A DNA stretch of 64,000 nt from a virus, in IMG/VR virus record IMGVR_UViG_3300043598_000012, positions 1 through 64,000 of that record, one strand, 5' to 3'. The stretch's first letter is position 1, and every line of letters starts with the position of its first letter. The notes below the pieces were generated by a model that was given only the letters and a program-made list of their open reading frames with translations, did not search any database and was not told the origin of the DNA. Of this stretch, positions 57,212 through 64,000 are shown piece by piece. The position numbers and the translations under genes are program-made.

Positions 57212-57533
57212 AGCCACCGTCGCGTCCGGGCTCCGATGCTGCTAGGAGGAGCGAGGCCAGAACGTCCGGGACCTCGACTCGTAGGTCACGAGTGCCTCCT
57301 GCTCCAGTCAACCACACGGTGTTCTCGTGGACTGTCAGGCCTGCCTCCACGAGTAGCTGGAGCAGGGTGCGGTGTAGGTCGAGCTCCTCCCATGCCTCGC
57401 CCAACTCCTCCCAAGCCTCGTTGAGCATGCGGTCCTGCTCCAACCGAGGGGCCAGAGCCTCCTTGTCGAGACCCTGTAGTAGGTCTACGGGCGGGTGCTC
57501 GGAGGGTACATGGATGTGTAGGTGGAGGTCCAT
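57195..57533 (-). CDS. hypothetical protein
   Basis: Leaderless CG-TACTAT-N6-ATG on the minus strand. Confidence 0.5.
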   Translation of the reverse strand: MDLHLHIHVPSEHPPVDLLQGLDKEALAPRLEQDRMLNEAWEELGEAWEELDLHRTLLQLLVEAGLTVHENTVWLTGAGGTRDLRVEVPDVLASLLLAASEPGRDGGSSAAS

Positions 57534-57549
57534 GCCACCATAGTACGGC

Positions 57550-58310
57550 ACTCCAACTGAAGTGCGGGCGGTTCTAGAGGCAGACCCTCTACTACTCCAG
57601 CATGCTCTCACCTACAGGTCTATCTATAGGTGACAAGAGAGACCTACCATCTACCACATAGTCCCAGTACAACTGTCTCACTTCGACCTTCGGTCCCACG
57701 ATCCCAGGGTCCAATGACGATGAGAGTAGGTCTATCACTCTCCATGGATCTGTGGACATCTCCTTGTCACTAATAGGTCTATCATTGTCATGCTACTCCA
57801 CTCTATGCTGGGGTAGTAGAGCTCCCGCAAACAACCTATTGGTGACAAGCCTGCCCTTCTTTAACCTTAAACTAAAGGACTCAGACTCCTTCACTCCAAG
57901 CAATAGACCTCTAGGCTTCTACTTCTACCCTTGAGTCTAAGAGGGCATCGTGACAACCCTCTACTTGGCGGTGATCCTCTAACCCAGTGAGGTGAGGTCT
58001 ATCCATACACCTCTATGACTCTACCCTCTACTCTATATAGACTGATGATCATCATGACTCTATGTCTATCTACTGCTATGCTCCTACTCCTCGTCACTTC
58101 ATGTAGGTCTATAGGCCTATCCTCTTGTCATCATGTAGGCCTATTGGACCCCGCCCCTCTTTATCCTTGCGATTTTTTGTCTACCTCTGATCCACCTCCC
58201 CAATCCCAATGTCACAGATAGAAGCATTCCACTCTTTCCACATAGCACGGCGCCATCTACGTCTACTAGACCAACTTCGGCTACACGCCGCCTGATTTCC
58301 ATGACAGGTA
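57550..58310. other. lower-GC non-coding repeat-rich region (candidate origin or packaging site)
   Basis: No convincing ORF; repeated AGGTCTAT and TGACAA/TTGTCA. Confidence 0.6.
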
Positions 58311-58354
58311 GCGTAAGATAGAGGGGGTACCAGCCAACCCACTTGGGAGACCCA

Positions 58355-58573
58355 ATGGCATCACCCATGACCACACATCTAGTAGAGGAACTCGACCGTC
58401 TCACACGGGAGAACGGCACGGAGCATCCAAGCTGCCCCATCTGCAAGGGCAAGGTGGAGTTGACGCCCACGCATGCCATCGTCTGCGTAGATTACGGTTC
58501 TGATCACTACCGCTGGGAGCTACCTGCGGTTGAGGTGCGGGAGCCCAAGCCTTCAGGTGTCCATGGCAGGTAA
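58355..58573 (+). CDS. zinc-binding hypothetical protein
   Basis: CPIC...C......H. Confidence 0.45.
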   Translation: MASPMTTHLVEELDRLTRENGTEHPSCPICKGKVELTPTHAIVCVDYGSDHYRWELPAVEVREPKPSGVHGR

Positions 58574-59056
58574 GCACACACCCCGAGACACGGGCAACCG
58601 AGGGCACATGACCCACACCCCCTTCCGGGCGTCGGTGCTACCTACGGTGCACCTAGAACAGCCGGGTACGTCCGCCAACGCAGACGCCTATGGGCGGCAG
58701 GCCATCCCGCTCCAGCGGACCCTGACGGTGTTCTGCTGGTGCTACTACCGGGAAGTGCCCGTGGCCCAGCGAGACGTCAAGGCGGGCCTCACGGGACCCT
58801 GCGAGCTGCTCTGGTGCTTGGAGACCGACCGCATCAAGCGTAACCAGTACGGGCCACCGGGACCCACGTCATGACTGCTTACAACGGGATGTACCGCTGC
58901 CCTGGAGGCCAGAAGCCGCCTGCTAGGCGTCGAGGGTGGGCGGCGCAGTGCTCGGAGTGCGGACGCTGGGGAAAGACCTATCCAAATGGCACGGTGGTCA
59001 TGCACAAGCGGCGCCGAGCAACCAAACCGCCTTCGCCTGCGGCGTAGGATATGGTT

Positions 59057-59359
59057 ATGGGAACCATCGAAGCGTTGGAAGAAGCGATCACCTACCTGGC
59101 GGACACGCACAACCTGTACCTGTGGCGTGTGAACGAGAGACTGGGTGGAGAACATGTGAAGGGTTGGGCCTTCGCTCGTCGGGGGCTCCGTAATGACTTC
59201 CAGGCCGACACCATCAGCGGCGCCGTGACCTTCAACCTGGAGAAGATTCGGGAGGACAACAGGCTGGCACAGAAGAAGACTCAGGAGAGCTTGGAGACCA
59301 CCATGTACACCTCCACCAGAGTCGGCGAGCTTCTCAGCAAGATTCGCACAGCGGAGTGA
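59057..59359 (+). CDS. hypothetical protein
   Basis: Leaderless CG-TAGGAT-N6-ATG. Confidence 0.55.
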   Translation: MGTIEALEEAITYLADTHNLYLWRVNERLGGEHVKGWAFARRGLRNDFQADTISGAVTFNLEKIREDNRLAQKKTQESLETTMYTSTRVGELLSKIRTAE

Positions 59360-59688
59360 CGGTTACCGTCAACATCCCTGGGCGAGCCTACCTGGCTTGC
59401 CTCGATCCCCTCGCTACTGGCGTACCCGAAGAAGAGGGGTGGCCGGAGCCCCGCATCATCAAGCGAGGTAGGCTGGAGTTCAGTGCTCGCTACGAACTCA
59501 CCCGGTACCAGGCCTACCAGATGATGACGCACATGCGGGACTTCGGGGAGACGCTGGGCGGCGCAGGCGTCGACGATGAGCTGCGAGAGGGTCCTGCCTG
59601 CCTCAGGGGCGCCTATGCCCTGGCCAAGGCTCTCGGCCACGAGGACGAGCTCTACCCCGCCACTCGGCCACCTCGTGACGTAGGATAG
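59356..59688 (+). CDS. hypothetical protein
   Basis: GTGA coupling. Confidence 0.55.
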   Translation: MTVTVNIPGRAYLACLDPLATGVPEEEGWPEPRIIKRGRLEFSARYELTRYQAYQMMTHMRDFGETLGGAGVDDELREGPACLRGAYALAKALGHEDELYPATRPPRDVG

Positions 59689-59692
59689 GTCT

Positions 59693-59780
59693 GAAAGAGG
59701 GGCGAGTACTCTTGGTGAACCTCCGAGCCAGATGGGGACGATCTGGCCGCAAGGTCGACCGGCTCTGCTCGCCCCTCTTC
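59693..59780 (+). ncRNA. candidate structured sRNA 3 (rod-like)
   Basis: CG-TAGGAT59681-N6-G; AAGAGGGGCGAG/CTCGCCCCTCTT; apical GCCAGAT/ATCTGGC. Confidence 0.6.
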
Positions 59781-59793
59781 GTACCATGGGGGT

Positions 59794-60183
59794 ATGACAC
59801 CCACACTTGGACGCATCGTGCTCTATCGGACGGACGGTCGCAACGGGCTGGTCTATGACCTCCCGGCGATCATCACCTGCACGGCGGAGACCCACCCTGG
59901 CAACTACCCGGACGGCAGCACCAACCCGTTGCCGGTGCCCGGACGAGACGAGGTGCACCTGACGGTGTTCACTCCCGGAGGGTTCGGCACCAAGGTGGGA
60001 CCGTGGCCTGACTCGGGACCTCGTCAGCCTGACACGGACGCCGACTTCAAAGATGCCACGCAGCTGGTTCCTGGGAGCGGCACCTACGTCGAGCTCTTGG
60101 TGCCCTACGCCTTCGGCGGTGAGGCAGCACAGAGAGGTGCCGACCTCCCGCATCGCACCTGGCGTTGGCCGGAGCGCGTCTGA
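59794..60183 (+). CDS. conserved hypothetical phage protein
   Basis: PTLGRIV.Y...PAIIT...V.L.VF.P...TW.WP.RV; leaderless start. Confidence 0.7.
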   Translation: MTPTLGRIVLYRTDGRNGLVYDLPAIITCTAETHPGNYPDGSTNPLPVPGRDEVHLTVFTPGGFGTKVGPWPDSGPRQPDTDADFKDATQLVPGSGTYVELLVPYAFGGEAAQRGADLPHRTWRWPERV

Positions 60184-60449
60184 TGGAAGACATCAGGGGC
60201 GTCGAGTTCACCACCTACATCCCGGCTGGCATCAAGAGCACCGAGGAAGCCGTAGCGCACCTTGCTCCACTGTTCTCGCCCGATGCGAGCGTCGTCATCG
60301 CTGCCATGGAGTACGACTACATCGGCGAGTACGGGCAGACAGCTCAGCATCCTGTCAAGCTGGAGGTGCGAGACCGAGCCTGGGTCACCCTCACCACGGA
60401 GCCTCCGCAGCCACGAGACCCTGGTCGGAAGACCTCAACGGGGACCTGA
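60183..60449 (+). CDS. hypothetical protein
   Basis: TGATG coupling. Confidence 0.5.
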   Translation: MEDIRGVEFTTYIPAGIKSTEEAVAHLAPLFSPDASVVIAAMEYDYIGEYGQTAQHPVKLEVRDRAWVTLTTEPPQPRDPGRKTSTGT

Positions 60450-60799
60450 TGGACCTCAACGAAGCTACTGAGCAAGAGCTGGTCAAGGCGCTCGCTCGCC
60501 TCAACCTTAATCGGGACACTTCAACCCGGTACGTCTACGACGGGCTTGGCCAGCGGTTCGAGATCGCTTACCTTTCCACATACAGGACCGGCAAGCGGCA
60601 GTACACTTGCCTTGACGCTCCGTTCGATGGCTAACACACCCAGGAGCTCAGAGAGCGCCATCTACCTTGTGGTGCCCACTTGGTGGAGTTCTGTGATGGT
60701 TTGGCAGACACGCTGGAGCATCTGGCGCATCGACCAGAACCGCAAGGCCATCGCCAGGCATAGGAAGAGCCTCCAGGTCTACGCCGAGCGTGCGAAGAG

Positions 60800-61042
60800 G
60801 TGGTTGTGATGGAGCGACCCACCAACGAGTACTTGGTCTTCGAGGAGCACGAGCCTGCTCAAGGAAAGAAGACCAAGACGGTTCATGTCAAGTCGGTTCG
60901 AGGCGCCTACTTGGGGATGATCATCTGGTACGGGGCCTGGCGGTGTTACACCTTCCAGCCAGCTCCCGTCACGGTGTTCAACCACGGGTGTCTCAAGACG
61001 ATCAACGAGTACATCGCTCAGCTGATGGATGAACGCCGGTGA
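60800..61042 (+). CDS. hypothetical protein
   Basis: LG.I.WYG.WR.Y.F.P...T.FN..CL..I. Confidence 0.6.
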   Translation: MVVMERPTNEYLVFEEHEPAQGKKTKTVHVKSVRGAYLGMIIWYGAWRCYTFQPAPVTVFNHGCLKTINEYIAQLMDERR

Positions 61043-61108
61043 CATCTTGGTGGCATTGGGCGCTCTGGGGTCACGACCTCTTCTGGCCCTGGGAGTAGGA
61101 TTCACTTC

Positions 61109-61390
61109 ATGGGAGCGCCCTTCACACAAATGGACATGGCAGCCGCGAACGAGAGCTGTGGAGCCCCAGAGCCTGTGTTCGACGACTGCCCCGCTTGCAG
61201 GGGTCGAGTGGGGCTGCATTGCGCCGAGTGCAAGATTCAGGTCACCGGCTGCACTTGCACGGAGGCAGCCCGCTTCGACCCCCTCACAGCTTGGGAGGCC
61301 ACCTGCCAGAGGTTGGGGGAGGACGAGGCGAGGAAGGCATACAAGTCGGCGGGCATCCCGATCCCCGGAGAGGGGCTGATCCTTCCATGA
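61109..61390 (+). CDS. Cys-rich hypothetical protein
   Basis: CPAC...C..C.....C.C. Confidence 0.5.
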   Translation: MGAPFTQMDMAAANESCGAPEPVFDDCPACRGRVGLHCAECKIQVTGCTCTEAARFDPLTAWEATCQRLGEDEARKAYKSAGIPIPGEGLILP

Positions 61391-61514
61391 GCCAGTATAA
61401 GAATCCACACAAGAGCGCGGTGCCGTGGGGACTTTGGGCGCTGGTGATCGTCATGTTGGCGGTCGTGTTCTGGAACGTCTACCAGATGGCGGAGCACTGA
61501 CGTACGATCCTCTC

Positions 61515-61636
61515 GGAAGGTCCTGGCTCGGCAGCATGGACCTTTCGGCAGTGCGGGGTACTGAGAGCGGGGCGGCTTGGGCTTGGTGTCAGAAACGGCT
61601 CCTCGGAGGCCTGAGTCGCCTCGCTCTTCGCTTTTC
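61515..61636 (+). ncRNA. candidate structured sRNA 4
   Basis: CG-TACGAT61503-N6-G; three hairpins, the last 21 bp with 5 G-U pairs, then a T-rich tail. Confidence 0.65.
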
Positions 61637-61649
61637 GTAGCATAGGTGT

Positions 61650-62117
61650 ATGGCACACCCCCGCAACATGACGCAGACGGCGCCGTACCCCACAGAGCTC
61701 GCTGAGCTCGTGGAGGGCTTCCACTACCGTCCTGGCTGGCAATGTCGACTGCTCGACGACTTCGTGCGAGAGCGGGAGGATCCTGCTGATGACAGCTCTC
61801 CGCCGCTGGTCTGGGGACTGACCCTCGACATCATCACTCGGGGCTACAACTCCTACCACCCTGAGCAGGGCCAGAACTACGGGGTTCATCACTACATGAT
61901 CGTGCCAGCGGCCACGTACAACCGTGAGTCATGGCAGAGGTGGCTCCTCAACCAGCACTTCCTCGTCGAGCAGCACGAGACGTGCGAGTTCTTCGTGGTG
62001 AACGGTGAGCATCCGTTCGCGCCTAACCACGGTCCTGGCAACGACCCCTACAGGGTGGTCGAGTACGCTCCTGATGAGGACCGGCGGACCTCGTTTCGAG
62101 GCGTCGTCAAGGACTAG
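61650..62117 (+). CDS. conserved hypothetical phage protein
   Basis: YRPGW, H...VP, E.HE.CEFF...PF.P.H; leaderless start. Confidence 0.7.
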   Translation: MAHPRNMTQTAPYPTELAELVEGFHYRPGWQCRLLDDFVREREDPADDSSPPLVWGLTLDIITRGYNSYHPEQGQNYGVHHYMIVPAATYNRESWQRWLLNQHFLVEQHETCEFFVVNGEHPFAPNHGPGNDPYRVVEYAPDEDRRTSFRGVVKD

Positions 62118-62119
62118 AC

Positions 62120-62470
62120 GTGCCCAAGAGCTGCGAGGACTGCAACGGCAAGGGAGCTCGCTCGGCTGTCGCTGGGCACTGCTTCGACATCGACGGCGGG
62201 CTCTGGCATGGCCCAGGCGAGTGCCACAGCTGTGCCCCAAGTTGCTGCCCGCCTTGTCCCACCTGCGGCGGCAGAGGGACCCTCTCGACGCCAGAAGAGC
62301 TCGCTCTGAGACTGGTAGAGGCCTTCTGGGGGGATGAGACCAACTGGATCGACTTGAATGGCACGTATTTGACACTAGATGGCCAAATTGGGGGCGTTTC
62401 TGACGAAATTCGGGGTTTTATCAACGAAATGGACCAAAAGTGGCGAAATTCGCCACTAGGAGGCGGATAA
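62120..62470 (+). CDS. DnaJ-type zinc-finger protein
   Basis: CEDCNGKG and CPTCGGRG. Confidence 0.55.
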   Translation: MPKSCEDCNGKGARSAVAGHCFDIDGGLWHGPGECHSCAPSCCPPCPTCGGRGTLSTPEELALRLVEAFWGDETNWIDLNGTYLTLDGQIGGVSDEIRGFINEMDQKWRNSPLGGG

Positions 62471-62519
62471 TGTGGAAAATCTGCCATTTTGGCCATTTTT
62501 CGTCATTTTGGGGTGAAAA

Positions 62520-62678
62520 GTGACAGAAATCACATGCGGTGCCTGTGGGGGCACCGGAGAGATAGAAATGGCAAATCCTCCGTTGGATCCTGTCACTTGG
62601 GAGTGCAGGGAGTGTGATGGGATGGGGATTGACCCTAAATACACCCGTCGCATGGAAAAGCGCCAGGATCAGCTGTGA
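62520..62678 (+). CDS. small DnaJ-type zinc-finger protein
   Basis: Hand-translated CGACGGTG...CRECDGMG. Confidence 0.55.
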   Translation: MTEITCGACGGTGEIEMANPPLDPVTWECRECDGMGIDPKYTRRMEKRQDQL

Positions 62679-62890
62679 ATCTCCGCTGGGAGGGCTGGGT
62701 GCGCACCAGAAACGGCGCTATCACCTGCTATGTGCGGATCAAGGCTGAAGATGCCGTGGACGCCGTCCATCGAGCACAGGCATCTGCTCACCGCAAGCAT
62801 GGCAACAAGCAGTACGGGCTCGACGACTTCGTCTGCATCGGGGTCTCGCTCCACGAGGGCGACCAGAACCTGATCGGCGACGTACCATAA
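62675..62890 (+). CDS. hypothetical protein
   Basis: GTGA coupling. Confidence 0.5.
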   Translation: MNLRWEGWVRTRNGAITCYVRIKAEDAVDAVHRAQASAHRKHGNKQYGLDDFVCIGVSLHEGDQNLIGDVP

Positions 62891-62894
62891 CGTC

Positions 62895-63044
62895 GAGAGA
62901 GTGGCCGGTCATGTACCGTCTGCGTTGTGCTCACAAGACAGCGGACCAGCAAAGGCAAGCTCTGTCAGTACGTGGATGTCGTGCGGAAGCCCGACGTGAT
63001 GCGGCCTTCAACTTGCGGGCTCTGAGCGTCCGGTCACTCTCTCG
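62895..63044 (+). ncRNA. candidate structured sRNA 5
   Basis: CG-TACCAT62883-N6-G; terminal stem GAGAGAGTGGCCGG/CCGGTCACTCTCTC; GGAA tetraloop hairpin. Confidence 0.7.
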
Positions 63045-63114
63045 CCTAAGATGTTCTTGGAGCCGAGCTGGCCCGCCTCCGCGGCGACACCGAACGGCCC
63101 CTGCGGAGGGCGTC

Positions 63115-63441
63115 ATGAGCGACCAGACACCGGAACACGTTTGCGAAACAGTTCCGCCTACGGAGCGTGAGGAGCCGTTCCTCGTCGACCCCGGCTGGGT
63201 CGATATGCGGCTCGTCACAAACCTCCACGGCGACGATCACCGCATCCTGTTCTACGAGGACGGCACGGCCCGGTTCGAGCACCGCTGCTGGCGGTGGGAA
63301 GACGAGTCGGTCATCTGTGCCCCGGTCCTGTTCGACCACCAGATCACCCGTGACCCGCTGGTCATCACCCCGTCGATCGACTGCCCGGATTGCCGCCTGC
63401 ACGGCCTCATCATCAACGGGAGGTGGCTCGATGCAGCCTGA
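63115..63441 (+). CDS. metal-binding protein (DUF6527-like)
   Basis: HRC...ITPSI.C..C..HG.I..G.W. Confidence 0.55.
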   Translation: MSDQTPEHVCETVPPTEREEPFLVDPGWVDMRLVTNLHGDDHRILFYEDGTARFEHRCWRWEDESVICAPVLFDHQITRDPLVITPSIDCPDCRLHGLIINGRWLDAA

Positions 63442-63670
63442 CGAGCGAACCGAACAAGTACCAGCGACGGAACGTAGGGACGAGCCTGTCCGCATCCCGA
63501 AGGACAAGGCAGCGCGTGACCGCCTCGCCAACATGGCGGGGCTCACCGACGAGGAGCGAGCCGCTCTCGACGAGTGGTGCCGACAGCAGGCCATCGAGGA
63601 CGACGCCCGCCGCCGCCGAGGGTTGGAAGCCCACGGGAACGACGTGATGGGCGGTGCCGACCGTGGCTGA
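63428..63670 (+). CDS. hypothetical protein
   Basis: ATG after GGAGG. Confidence 0.4.
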   Translation, partial: SMQPDERTEQVPATERRDEPVRIPKDKAARDRLANMAGLTDEERAALDEWCRQQAIEDDARRRRGLEAHGNDVMGGADRG

Positions 63671-64000
63671 ACCCATGCCCACCATCACCCCGCAGGACTG
63701 GGCCATCACCGAGGGCGTGACGTGCGTGTCCTGCCCGTCCTGCGCCTTCACCTTCGACGCCAGCCACACCGAGGTCGACAGCGGCCAAGGAGGGCCGTAC
63801 GACTGCCCGCCTGCTTCGTCCAGCGGTCGCTCTACCTGCGCTGCTCCTTGTGCGGTCAGACCAAGTGGGCGAGCACTCCTGAGCGAGCCACCTACCTGCT
63901 GGCGTTCCACTTGAACCGCCGCCACAAGGGCTGGACGAAGGCTACGGAGGGTGACTCTTGACCGCGCGAAACCACCCTCGCGAGCAGTCGGCACCGCGGC

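Noticed and set aside
59693-59780. Y RNA or SRP RNA identity
   Set aside because: TCGACC is present but the 5' GGTCCGA partner, a tRNA-like domain and the SRP helix-8 motif are absent
1-64000. tRNA genes, integrase/attP, and apparent CGCG under-representation
   Set aside because: No cloverleaf or recombinase motifs found by eye; k-mer bias needs an observed/expected count that I could not run

Overview
64 kb of a high-GC, apparently lytic siphophage with a probable Actinomycetota host (WhiB gene, pervasive leaderless promoters, GGGGGAA tail-chaperone frameshift; no integrase, LysB, tRNA or CRISPR seen). Layout: tail module (1-12.4 kb); lysis (12.4-14.2 kb); replication, recombination and nucleotide metabolism (15-43 kb: DnaB, primase, truncated sigma factor, SSB, HU, dTMP kinase, thymidylate-synthase homologue, DnaE, RecA, Cas4-like nuclease, WhiB, RuvC, dCTP deaminase, SNF2 helicase); then about 21 kb of small accessory genes. 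Main observations: (1) at least five intergenic, separately promoted, highly structured small RNA candidates (42.8, 48.1, 59.7, 61.5, 62.9 kb), each starting at a G with a 6-nt gap after a CG-TANNNT box; (2) a dispersed thymidine-hypermodification set (dUMP hydroxymethylase, P-loop kinase, amino-acid:DNA transferase, FAD oxidoreductase) with no visible acetyltransferase; (3) two promoter classes, one with a strictly phased upstream element in 8 full copies, the other apparently -10-only, alongside a sigma factor lacking region 4; (4) five Rho-N/SAP-like modules, a tail-protein paralogue in the replication block, and an 0.8 kb repeat-rich non-coding region. All product calls come from motif recognition by eye; no database searches were run.
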